A stretch of 63,994 bases of DNA, counting the filler, from Jimgerdemannia flammicorona (taxonomy: Eukaryota): NCBI GenBank assembly GCA_003990765.1. It is 3 parts of 3 records of this genome, joined end to end, with 100 filler letters (N's around TTAATTAATTAA, not from the genome) between each part and the next. Parts side by side here need not be neighbours in the genome. Positions count along the whole stretch, not along the records: positions 1 to 21,279 come from RBNJ01001488.1; positions 21,380 to 42,649 come from RBNJ01001489.1; 1 more part is not named here. One strand, written 5' to 3'. Made by a program: the position numbers and the translations under genes. A model generated the notes under the pieces. It was not told the DNA's origin and ran no database searches. It worked only from the letters and a program-made list of their open reading frames with translations. Below, piece by piece: positions 11,628 to 23,560 of the stretch. Each line of letters begins with the position of its first letter. Within the stretch, counting starts at the first letter, position 1.

Positions 11628-13176
11628 TGTAATATGCCTAGCTTAATGGAGGTAAATTATAAGGTTGGAGATTGATGTAGTTTGGCTTAAGCCCTCAGTT
11701 ACTTTATCAAAAAGCAATAAAATATTCTAAGATTTCTGAGATCTTTGATATTTAGTAGTATAATAGTCAAAGTTAGATATCTATAAGCAATTTATATGTT
11801 GATTTCCTAATTGAGATAGTTCTCTAGATATAGTGGTAATTTATAAATGGGTTTCTTTCTTGGGTCAACTGAGAATTAGTAGAATTTTGTATATAGTGCA
11901 ACAATCTCCAAAAGTATATAATTTCTAGTATGATGATCTTGTGTCTAAAAGTATGTAATTTCTGGGTGATGATCTTGTATAGCACAGGTTTCTTATATAG
12001 AGCAGTCTGGTAATTTAGCAGATAATGTGATTTGGCATAGTTTCTTCTTACTGAGAATTATACTAGCAGCAGATTCTTTTTGAGCTCACTGGAAACAATA
12101 AATAACTTAGATGTTACAGATAATTCAGATAACTCAGATAACTCAGATAACTCTGATGTTACAGATTCTTCCTGAATCAGCAGACTTCTGGAAATAACTT
12201 GGATGGCACAAATAATTCAGATAACTTGGATAACTCAGATAACTCTAATATTACAGATTCTTCCTGAATCAGCAGACTTCTGGAAATAACTCAGATAGTG
12301 TGGATTATTCCTGAATTGGTAGCTTCAACTGGGAATATAGATAACTCAAAAACAGTAGCTTTAACTGGAAAAGAGTCTCTTGGCAAAGTTACATTAAAGA
12401 CTGGCTTGTTTGTGCAAATAGATTTACTGCAAAGTTGTGTCAGAAACTGGCTTAAGCAAGATAGCTTTCTCTTAGGCTTTCTGGGAATACAGATAACTTG
12501 GAAACAATGGTGAAGTCCTTTATTTAAACTTGGCAGCAAACTTAGATTTCTCAGGCTTATCTGGCAAGCAAACCAAAAATGTAACAAACTCTTCTTTATA
12601 TCAGAAAGTAGACTAGAGTGAGAATAAGCTCACAATCTCCTAGCAGTAACTGTAGAGTTCCTCTTGAAGTATAGTAGGCAGACTTGTCTTTTGATTTAAA
12701 TTTGAACTCTTCTCTTCTGGCTTAGTCTGGCAAGTATACCAATAATTTCAAAGACATTGAAGTTCTTCACTTGAACTTGACAGCAAAATCAGCTTTATAT
12801 TAGAAAGTAGACCAGAGTAGAAAGGGGACTAATGTTCAATCTTTAGAGGCTTCTTTGATATTTATATTTCAGACTGAGGTTTATTTGCTCTTATCTCTGG
12901 AGTATTTTATATAGTTGTAGTTACTATAGGTTACTATATTACTAACTATAGATTGTTAACTATGATAAATATTCCTTGAGGATATAGTATACCTTAAGGG
13001 TATAGTGTACCTTGAGAGTATAGTATATCTGGAGAGTATAGATAAATATACTGTTTCTAGTATCTCTGGCTAAATATATAGGTTGGCGCAGTAAAGTAGT
13101 CTTGGTTGCTTAGTGTACTAGATATAGTATGTGACTAATTTATGATTTTGGCAGTACTATTCTGTTGCTCATCACA
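11628..13176 (-). repeat. Gypsy A1 5' LTR
   Basis: TG...CA termini; direct repeat of 6361-7910. Confidence 0.9.
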
Positions 13177-13677
13177 ATATATATCACCTATAACTCTGAA
13201 AAATCAAAAAGAGATATAAAAATCTACTATACTTTTAAGATTACATATCTACTATATTATAATATATACTATTTATTTTAATTATAAATATATTAATCTA
13301 GATTTTATATATCTATACTTTATATACTGATAGATTTAATATATTATAGATAATCTATTATAAACTATTAACTCTAAGTTCTAAGTTATATAAAAAGTAC
13401 TAAGTCTAATTAATTAAATTTATACTAAGTCTAATTATCTAATATTGAGACTAAGTCTAAGTATTACTTTTAGAATCTTATTATCAGATAGAAGTATATA
13501 CTATACTTATATTTTAAGTTAATTAGACTCAAAATTATAAATAAGTCAAACTTGAGGATTTAGAGCTAAGATTATAATATACTTAATATAGAGAGTATTT
13601 ATACAAATTGAGTAGCTATAGCTAAATATAATATATTGAGTATATTTGTATATAGTAATACTATATAAGATATATAA

Positions 13678-16600
13678 CACCAGTACTATTCAGGTGATAC
13701 AAGACTCAGACAATACTTTTTTTCAATATTTTGGTGACAGACAACTATTAACATAGATGGCAATGATCAAACTGGTGAGCATGCTGGCCAGGGGAGCAGT
13801 GGTGCCTTTGGCTGGCAACAGGTGGGGAGGAGAGAGATGGTTTGGAGATGCCAGGGGCCTCAATGGCTGGCTGAGGTACTGGTGGTGGAGGGAGGGGCAG
13901 CTTGAGGCAGCAAGGAGGGGAGAGGTCAATCTTTGCTGATAAGGTCAAGATGGGGAGAATGGTCTCAGGTCTGGATGATTGGCTGAGCTTGGGGAAGATA
14001 TTGACAGCTACTACTGGGGGTCAGAGAGGAGTGCCCAGGGGAATGTTGAGTGGTAGGGGAGGGGGGAGAGTAGGGGCTGGTGATGTGACTGTTGATAGGG
14101 CTGTGACTGAGGATCTGGAAAAAAATCCAGATATGATGGTGGTTGATGGATCAGAGCAGAGGGTGGGTATGAGGCCTGGGGATCTGGCAGATGGAGTGAT
14201 GGGCATAGTGTTGGCACTGTTACTTAAGAAATTAAGGTCTGAATTTGCCATCATGATGTGCTTCAGTAACTTGGTAGTAACTGCAAGGATGATTCTGGGG
14301 CTGATGGTACAAAAGACAAAGAGGGTAGCATCAGTGAAGTTTTTGAAGGAGAAAGAAGGGGTCAAGGTGGGGTTTGAGGAAGAGGAAGCATTGTTGGCTA
14401 CCATGGAGAAGGGGGTGACAGTGGGCAGAGTTGTGGCCAGCGACTCTGAAGTAGGAATCAGTAGAGTACAAGGTCATGTGAGTGAAGGGGTCTCTAGAAG
14501 AGGAGAAAGATTTGCTTGAGGCTCTCGAGGACCTGGAGGGGGTGGTCAAGAGGAGGAGATTGGCTTGGCAGGAGTATGAAGCAAAGACAGTGGTGGAAGT
14601 AGTCGAGGGGAAGAGGACCAGAGTGGATAAGGTGATCTGGGAGAAGATACAAGGGAGGAGAATCCAGAAGGAGCTGCTGGTGAAGGTGGGTAGTGGTGGG
14701 GCTGACAGTAGCACAGGGGATGGGAGAGCAGGATTGCATATAAGCGACTGGGTGGGGGAAAGTAGGATGGCCCAAGGTGGGGCTCAGGACAGACCAAGGA
14801 AGGAGAAGTAGGGCAGCATGGAGGTGGATGTGGAGATGAACAAAGGAGTCCAATCTCAGTATAGTGTCCCAGGGGGGGCAGAGGGTGAGGAGGAGTTACT
14901 GGATGTCCCAGATGAGGAGTGGGATGAGTTGATGAGGAGGAGCACTTTGGTGGACCTGAGGGTGGGGGATGGCCAGGTCACCCAGGGTATGGTGGAGGTA
15001 GTAGATGAGGAGAAGTAGCTGTGGAAGACTCTGGAAGGGGTGGCGGCAGAGGAGCTAGAGGGAGAGGACTTCTGAGTTATGGAAGAAAGGCATTGAGAGG
15101 AAATCTTTCATGGGGAGGAGGTGTCAAGGAAGGTTAGAAATGAGATCCTAGTAGTACTATTAGAATTGGTTGAATATCAGGTCAATGATCAGAGAGAGGA
15201 GGAACTCTGGAGAATTGTGAATAATAGAGCAGCTTACTTGTGAGAATCAAGAAAGGGTTTGGAGAAGTGGAGAGTGGTCTGTGTGGACTATTGGGCAGAG
15301 ATGGAAGTGGTGGATGGGGTGAAATATCAGGAAATCTTGGAGGCCTTGGATGCTCAGGCTATAGTGAAGGGAGACTTAGAAGTGGAGTGGTGATTAGATC
15401 TGACTGGGGATGAGATAAGTACAAAATACTAGGCTGGGTTGTCACATTCAAACATTATTCAATATGAACAGTACAACTAGAATATTCTCTTTGAATATAA
15501 ATGAGTTGAGGGGGGCAGCTTGGCAAAGGTTCATATTTGGTTGGCTCAAGGGGCTGGATGTGGATCTCTTCTTACTGCAGGATGTATGTTATGAGGCAGA
15601 TGTGGACTTTCAGGATTGGACTAGGGAGTGGAGGGGAGTAGCAGTGTAGTTTGGGCAGGTGGGTATCCTAGTTTGGAAGGGGATGGAGGACATTGGTGAT
15701 ATAGGACATTGGGGGAGTTGGTTGGTGTGGGGAGTGTGAAAGAGGCCTGGTTGGAGCTCTTTGATGGTTGGGTTATGTTATTGCCTGGTAGAGAGAGGGG
15801 AGTAGGTGGACTGGATCAGAAATTTGCAAGAGACTAGTGTTATGGTTGAAGCTGAAATCGAGTGCCTGGAGGGAAATTTCAACATAGTAAGGAATAATGT
15901 AGTAGACCAGACTGATAGTGGGAGAGGGATGAAGAGCCAAAGTAGCAGGTTGGATGGTTGGATAGAGATAGAGAGGTTGAGCTCTCTGGTGGACTTAGAG
16001 AGACAGTTCTAGGAGGATCATCAAATTTATACTCACTGGGTGGCTGGACTGGGTTCTAGAATTAACTGGATACTGACAGCAGAGTGCTGGGGAGTGGATG
16101 TCTGGGTTACACTGAAGGTGGTTTGGTGCCTATGGTCTGATCACTGGGGTCTGCTTGAGGGGGGGAGGTTCAAGGGAAGTAGAGATGGGTCTGGACATTG
16201 GTGGCTCAATTTTTCTTTGTTAGAGGATAGTGATTTATAGGCTGACTGGGAGATGGAGGTTATTGGAAAAATTGGTCAATGGCAGGAGTGGGGCCTGGCA
16301 ATAGGAGATCATTGGAGAAGGCTGAAATTGAGTGCTCAGGGATATTGGAGGGAGGTGAGGAAAGAGAGGAGTACTCAGTGGCAGCAGAGAGTATGCTGGG
16401 CCTTGCAGCAGCTAGTGATGCTCCTGGGGAGATGGGCAGGAGTGCTAGAAGATAGAGAGGTAGTGGACTGGTGTATTGTGAGGATTCAAAAGGAAGTCTG
16501 GGAACTTAAGGAGGTACTATGATTGGAGAAAGAGGCTAAATTGAAGGGGATGGTGACAAGGTTGAGGTGGCAAGAGTTGGAGGAAGGAGAGTGACCCACT

Positions 16601-19198
16601 TGGTTTTTATTGTGGATGTTACAAGTATGGAGAACTAAGTAGCAGTGGGATGGTATCTTGGATGAGGATGGAGAGATGGTGGTGGAGACTCCAGAGATTC
16701 TAGGATTGCTAAGGTCCTACTAGGAGGACCTATAGAGTGAAAAAGAAGGGGGTAAGGATGCCTTGGATATTGAACAGCAGTTGGAGGATTGGCATCTGAA
16801 CCCAACAATAGGTCTAGGGGCTTTGGGGGACTGAGTGAGAGGGGAGGAGATTTGTAAGGTCCTGGCTTCAACAAGCAAGGAAATGGTACTGAGAGAGAAT
16901 GGGCTTTCCTGAGATTTTTTGGAAAAAGATGGCCAAGGTGGAGATAGTGTTGGAGGAGTTGACAGAGATGTGCAATGAGGTTCTTTGGTCTAGAACTTGG
17001 ATTGGAGGCTAGCATCTAGGGCTGGTCTCTTTGCTCTTTAAAGATAAGGGGAGAAGAGAAGATTGGAAGAACTAGTATCTGATCATGCTTCTTGATATAG
17101 ACTATAAGCTGGTTATGAAGGTCTTGGTGACTAGGCTGCAGGGGATCACTCAGCAAGTGCTGAGAGTTGAGCAAAGAGGTTTTGTTGGTGGTTAGTTGAT
17201 TTGGGATGGGATGGCCTAGGTCTATGGAGTAATTGAAGAGGCTTGGGCTACCAGGGTTGATGGCAGACTAGTGTTTCTAGATCAGGAGAAGATATATGAT
17301 AGAGTACAGAGGATCTGGCTAGAAGGGGTGCTGAAGTAGGTGAGTATTTCACTAGGGTTCCAGAGGTCATTAATCAGTCTTTTGGAGGACAGTCAGGCAG
17401 CCTTGGTGGTCAATGGATATAGAGGTGTCACTTTCCCTCTGGATTGTAGAGTGCTGCAGGGGAATCCCTTGTCACCCATCTTGTATGCCCTTTCCTTGGA
17501 GCCCCTATTAGATAGGATCAGGTATCGAATTGGGGGTTTAGATATTCTGGAGATTAATTGGAAGATGGGGGCCTTTGTGGATGATATGGTAGTTGAATTG
17601 GGTTCATTGGTAGATGTGGAGAAATTGTGGTGGATGGTGGAATGGTATGAGAGGAGCACTGGTACTAGACTCAATTGGCACAAATGTGAGACTATGGTAT
17701 TAGATAGAGGAATAGTTAGTGGTGACATGATTGGGATGGTGGTGCCAGCAGGAGATCCCATTTGCTATTTGGGGATCTACTTCTCTATATATGGGTCCCT
17801 CCTTTCTTGCACTTAGTGGGAATAGCAACTCCTAGTATAGGGGAATGTACTTTTACAGTGGAGCAGTTAGCATATTTCCTTGGCAGGAAGGGTGATGGTG
17901 CTGAATGTGTATTGGCTACCAAAGCTATGGTATGTGGGGTACTATCTGGATTTCCCAGCATGGGTAGTCAGGTGCCTTCCAAAGATGGTGAGGATATGGA
18001 TCTGGGCTGGGTGGCAAAGTCAGATAGGATGGGAGGTACTGACTCTACCTGTGGATAGTAGCAGACTGGGCTTGGTGAACTTCCCCAAATACCTTTATTG
18101 CTTGAGAGCATGGTGGCTGAGGAGAGCAAGTGAGTTAAGAGGACAGAAGTAGGTACTACTCATGCAAAGGATGTGGGAGGCCTGGTACTCCCCCCATGAT
18201 ACATCTGGCGATCTGCTTGCAATGGTGGCCCTGGATGGGAGCAAGAGGATACAGTATAAGAGCTTCTAGTGTAGGGTGGTGGATAGTGCCTAGAGGATTA
18301 ATCTATAATAGTAGGGTGATGAAAGAGAGGGAGATTGAGGACCACAAATATGGAGGTGGGACAGACTTCTGTTAGGTGGCACTTTGGTAGAGGACTTTTG
18401 ACTTAGCGATAGTATAGAGTGCTTGCAGGGCTTAGGGGGTGATCTGTGGTCTATTGTATAGCAGAGGGTGGGAATTGGCAAGGGGTGGGACTGGAATGGG
18501 CTCTGGTCTTGGAGCAAGCAGGTGATACAGTAGCTCCCCCCTAAGTTCTGGGTAGTGTAGTGGTAGTTTCTAAGGTAGAATATGATGTTAAACTTTCAGT
18601 CTAGACACTTGGTAGCAGATGGCTGATATGAGTGTAAGGAATGTTTAGATGTTAGACAGGAAAGGAGAGTGATTCAAATGTCTGAACATTGGCTTGGTAA
18701 GTGTGACATTCTGGGGGTTTTTTGGCACTGCATTGCAGATAGATTAGGGCATGAGCTCTGGTGGGAGAAGAAGGGAAGAGATGGAGAGAGCTCTATAGTA
18801 GATTGGTGGAGGGGGTTAGTGATAAATGGCTGATCCTGGGTTAGGCTCTAGCAATTTGGATTGGGCTAGCTGGGCATTAGTTATATGGATTTGAGGAGGG
18901 TCAGCAGATAGAGATTGGGAATAGAGTGGTATGATGGGAATGGCTATTATTGGATATTTTGAATAGCTAGTAGCAGGGGTGGGGACCTGGTGGGAGTAGA
19001 CACTAGAGATTGGTGAAGTGTATGTTCCAGAAAAGTGGAGGGCAGATCTGGGTGGTAGGTGACTGGGTCATCTTCCAACAGAGAGGAGTAGAGGGAGGTA
19101 AGGGGGATCCAAGAGGTATTGAGTAAGGGGATGGAAGTAATATTATATTATTAATATAGATTGAGGTAATAAAGAGAAGTTAAAGTAACTATAAAAAA
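13678..19198 (+). mobile_element. L1/Tx1-like LINE copy 2, near full-length, decayed (ORF1 ~13757-15432; ORF2 15464-~19170)
   Basis: APE motifs SLNIN, LLQDV, GNFN, RINW, WSDHW; RT LQGNPLSPILY and FVDD (17340-17816); decayed C-terminal Zn motif at ~18630-18705; AATAAA and short A-tail running into (TA)n. Confidence 0.92.

Positions 19199-19199
<1 letters not shown>

Positions 19200-19231
<32 letters not shown>
19200..19231. repeat. (TA)n microsatellite at LINE 3' end
   Basis: Direct reading. Confidence 0.85.
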
Positions 19232-19233
<2 letters not shown>

Positions 19234-19942
19234 ATATATAACTATTAAGTTAATAACTTAATGATATATATAATAAACTATTATAATTATTTTAATATAA
19301 ATATGTATAATTTTTTTTTTTTAAGTATAAGTATATTTATTCTTAAATATATATAGTTTATTTTTATTATTATATAGCTTATATATTCTTATATAATTAA
19401 TAAATATATAGTTTAATATCTATATTACTATCAAAATATTATCTTTATATCTATTTAATAAATTTCTAGATTATATATAATATTAATTAAGGTAGTATTT
19501 TTAGTAAAGTAAGTTTAAAAATAGATAAAAATATCTTATTATAGTCTATTTTATAATCTTATAAATATATATTTACTATAAAGTAATATTTATATTATTT
19601 TATATTATATTTACTATTATATTTTATTTACATATCTAGTAGGATTTTATAGCTTATCAATTTGCTAAAATAGTTATAAGTTCTTAATTATTATTAATAA
19701 ATAAGTCATTATCTGCTTCGTATGACGTAGAGGAGACATCGAGAGTTTTCAAAGATATAAATTCATAGTACCCCACATAAGTAGGAGCCTGAATGGTTCC
19801 AGTGGCGATCATGAAGAGCGAACTGAGTACTTGACATCATGTGATAATTTTCATGACGCCAGCAGGAAAATGTCAACCAGACCACGTAAGCCCACTTCAA
19901 CAAACACACTCAACCGCGACTCCGACAGGACCACAAACGCAA

Positions 19943-21153
19943 ATGGACCACTTTCCGTCGCACTGGGGAAAGCCCCGCCAGGACAACGTCGACCCGTACA
20001 GCCCAATGCCCCTGTACTCCAGTCTGACCCCACAGGTTCACCCTTGGGAAGAGCCGATTACCAGAACCCTGTGAGTTGCCCCGAGTGTTTCGTGTTGTTA
20101 CGAGGGGGGTATGCTGGATTTTTTTTTTCAAATTTGGACCGTGGAGGAACCGCTTGCAAGCGACCAAATTGCCTCAAGTCGCATGTTCCATTCACACTGC
20201 GGTTCTCCGGTCATCATCACGATACTCACGTACCACTTCTTTATACACGACTCCAGAAACCCCCTTGTGACCGGTTCCTCAGTCATTGCACTTAAGTACA
20301 AGGATGGCATCATGATGGCGGCCGATAACCTCGGTAACCATCTTGCTGCTTAATTATTCTATTATCATGTTTGCTGCTTTTCTGTGGTTCCAAATCATGT
20401 TACTTTTGACGCTTTTTCTCAATCATCTATAATATCTATCCCTCTCCCTCATAACATTTAAAATGCAGCCTCTTATGGCAGCCTTGCTCGCTTCCGCGAT
20501 GTTGAGCGTCTTTATCCTGTGGGCGAGCACACCGTCGTCGGTGCCTCGGGCGATATGTCTGACTTCCATTACATCAAGCATGTCCTCGATTCTCTAATGT
20601 TAGTGGTTATTTAAATCATCTTTTTGTCCAATATGAATTTCTACATCTATATTGGTCACTTCCCTATTACGTTTACAATGAGTGAACCCTAACTGAATTA
20701 TAACATACGATGGACAACAGGATCAAGGAGACCTATATCGATGACGGCCATGTTCTTGGCACGCCGCACATCTATGAGTACCTATTCCGCGTCATGTACA
20801 ACCATCGCTCCAAGTTCAATCCACTTTGGAATTCACTTGTTGTTGGTGGTGTGCACAAGAAAGAAAAGTATGCTTACGTTCCAATCCTTCTGAACCTGAA
20901 ACATCATAATTCGAATGTTAAACTAAGGCTCCGCATATCGTGCCACCTTAGGTTCCTCGGCTATATCAATCTGAGGGGCACGACCTACAAGTCCTCTACT
21001 GTGGCCACTGGCTTTGGCGCCGAGGTAGCACAGCCTCTCATGCGCAAGGAAGTCGAAGGCAAGGAGGACACGCTGACGGAAGAGGAAGCCATCAAGATCA
21101 TCAACACATGCATGAAAGTACTGTTCTACATGGACGCCAGGTCGTTGAACAAG
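19943..21153 (+). CDS. PRE4: 20S proteasome subunit beta-7 (Pre4/PSMB4 family), 3'-incomplete; exons 19943-20070, 20257-20333, 20469-20598, 20721-20867, 20952-21153
   Basis: Spliced translation MDHFPSHWGKPR...[34 protein letters not shown]...RSKFNPLWNSLVVGG...ATGFGA...CMKVLFYMDARSLNK; all introns GT-AG and frame-consistent; next donor GT at 21154 followed by the assembly gap. Confidence 0.93.
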
Positions 21154-21279
21154 GTCAGTTGCGTCGAAAAGTTTCGGAATTTTCTATCGCATTAAGGCGC
21201 TTAATTTGTTGATTTGGGCGAAGTTTTGTGTATATGCATGCGTGTGCATTGGGGGTGGGGGGAGGGGGGGGGGGGGGGG

Positions 21280-21379
21280 NNNNNNNNNNNNNNNNNNNNN
21301 NNNNNNNNNNNNNNNNNNNNNNNTTAATTAATTAANNNNNNNNNNNNNNNNNNNNNNNNNNNNNNNNNNNNNNNNNNNN
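21280..21379. other. Assembly gap with artificial six-frame-stop linker
   Basis: N-run containing TTAATTAATTAA at 21324-21335. Confidence 0.97.
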
Positions 21380-23560
21380 CTTCCCTTTATTACGCACATT
21401 CTATAGATAATACATAAATGCCCTCATCCATTTCAACCAATGCCCCTCGGATCCCCCTCCCCCCCCCCCCCCCCCCCCCCCCCCAGGGCCACCCCCCCCC
21501 CCCCCCCCCCCCACCCCCCCCCCCCCCACCCTGCCAAAGGACAATCCCCCCACCTACTACCCGAACTCTCCCCTCACTCTTCTTGCATATACATTCCACC
21601 AGTTTCCGGCGACTCCCCCCTCCCTCTCCCCAACCTCGCCACCATCCATTCAAAGTGTCTAGTGTTAGCCATTCCCAGCGCGCTACCCTCGCTGCAACAG
21701 TAGTCGCCCGGCCCTCCTCGAAGACACGTAGCCAATGACCAGCCATCCCTACCCAAATTGCCAGGGCCCAATCCAGGGTCAACTATTCATTCCCAACCCC
21801 ACCTACTAATCTCCGCCAAAGGTACCCCCATCTCCCTCCCTCTCCTTCCAACAGAGGCTGGAGTCCCAACCTACTAGCGATAATGTCCCAAAAGCCCCCC
21901 ATTACTTCACACTCCCCAAGCCAATGTTCAGGCGTCTGCACCACTCCCCCCTCCTGACCCACATTCAAGCATTCCTCACACTCAAACACACCATCTGGCA
22001 CTAAGTGCCCTGACCGATAGTTCAGCATGACATTCCGTCTCAAGAACCTCCACCATATCACCCAGAACTTGGGGGGAAGCCACCATGCCACCTGCTTGCT
22101 CCAAAGCCAGACCCCATTCCAATCCCACTCCTCTCCAATCCCAGCTCTCTGCCAAGCCTCGGGCCATACGTCGCCCTGAAGCCCCATCAGACATTCCATA
22201 CCATCGCCAAGTTGATAATCCTCCACCAAAGTACCACCCAGCAGCAACCGGTCCCATCTCCACATCTGTGGTCCCCATTCCTCCTCCCCCTCATCGCCCC
22301 TCCATCGAAGACCTATTCGTCTTGCGCTGTCCACCACTCCCCACCAAAAACCTTTGTAGCACATCTTTCGACTACTATCCAAAGCCACCAGTGCCAACAA
22401 ATCACCGGTCATGCCTCGAGGGGAGTACCGAACTTCCCACACTCTCTGCATAAGTGGCACCCATTCCCTTCCACGCAACTCACTAGCCCTCTTCAGCCAC
22501 CAAGCTCTCAGGCAATGTAGACGTTTGGCCAAGTCCACCAAGCCCAGCCCACCCCTTCCAATAGGTAGTGACAGAACCTCCCAGCCAATTTGACTCCGCC
22601 GTCCAGCCCAGATCCATGAGCTTGCCATTTTCAGAAGCCGCTTGACCACCCAGGTAGGGAAGTCCAGATGATACCCCAAATACCACAGCTTTGGCAGCCA
22701 ATACATGTTCAGCACCATCACCCTTCCTGCCAAGGAAATATGCCAGCCACCCCACCTTAAGAGAATGTTCCCCCACACTATAAGCCGCTGCTCCCACCAT
22801 GCACGAGGCAGGAGAGACCCATACACCGAGAAGTATATCCCCAAGTACTGGACCGGTTCTCCAGCAGGGACCACTGTTCCAATGACTTCACCGCCAACTA
22901 TTCCCCTTCCTAAGACCATAGTTTCACATTTGTGCCAATTGAGTCATGCACCTGAGCCTCTCTCATACCACTCCATCGTCCTATGCAATTCCTCCACATC
23001 CACCAATGAACCCAGACCGACCACCATATCATCCGCGAAGGCTCCCACCTTCCAGTTAATCCCCAAAATGTCCAAACCCCCTATGCAACACCGGATCCTG
23101 TCCAAAAGGGGCTCCAAGGACAGGGCATATAGGATAGGTGACAAAGGATCCCCTTGAGGCACCCCGCGGCCTAATGAGAAGTTCATTCCCCTGTCTCCGT
23201 TCACCACCAAAGCTGCTTGACTGTTCTCCAATAGGCTAATCAGTGACCTCCGAAAGCCCATCGGGATTCCAATACACCTCAGCACACCTTCCAGCCAGAC
23301 CCTCCTCACTCTGTCATATGCCTTCTCCTGGTCCAGAAAAACCAACCAGCCATTAACTCCAGCTGCCCGAGCTCCTTCAATCACCCCATGGACCCATGCC
23401 GTTCCATCATGGATCAGCCGACCCCCAACAAATCCTTGCTGCTCCACTCCCAGTACGTGTTGAGCGATCCCCTGTAGTCTATTCACCAGGACCTTTGTCA
23501 CCAACTTGCGGTCCATGTCAAGGAGCATGATTGGTCGCCAATTCCTCCAATCCTCCCTCC
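21380..23560 (-). mobile_element. LINE copy 3, 5'-truncated, comparatively young (RT plus C-terminal Zn finger)
   Basis: ORFs 22944-23528 (NWRPIMLLDMDRK, GVPQGDPLSP, FADD), 21783-22919 (CEEC...EHWLGEC) and 21390-21782; retains many CpGs. Confidence 0.93.

Larger units (their letters stand above)
6361..13176 (-). mobile_element. Ty3/Gypsy family A copy 1: two LTRs, gag and protease, but dUTPase/RT/RNaseH/integrase deleted (non-autonomous)
   Basis: ~1.55 kb direct repeats 6361-7910 and 11628-13176; ATAT on both flanks; gag LPTFAGYPEEDPREFLDRIEG (10905-11234); decayed CCHC at ~10165-10210; protease KILIDTGVAV at ~9490-9525; sequence matching A3 ~62045 is joined directly to sequence matching A3 ~58200 at ~8105. 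Confidence 0.9.

Noticed and set aside
19831..20295. 154-aa ORF (MSTRPRK...) as a separate gene
   Set aside because: Out-of-frame overlap with PRE4 exon 1 and intron 1; the MDHFP start fits the Pre4 family and the splice phases
21324..21335. Palindromic TTAATTAATTAA inside N-runs (also 42694-42705)
   Set aside because: Artificial six-frame-stop contig linker; it also means PRE4 cannot be claimed to be disrupted by the adjacent LINE
21418..21738. Proline-rich, formin-like plus-strand ORF
   Set aside because: Antisense reading of the LINE G-tract
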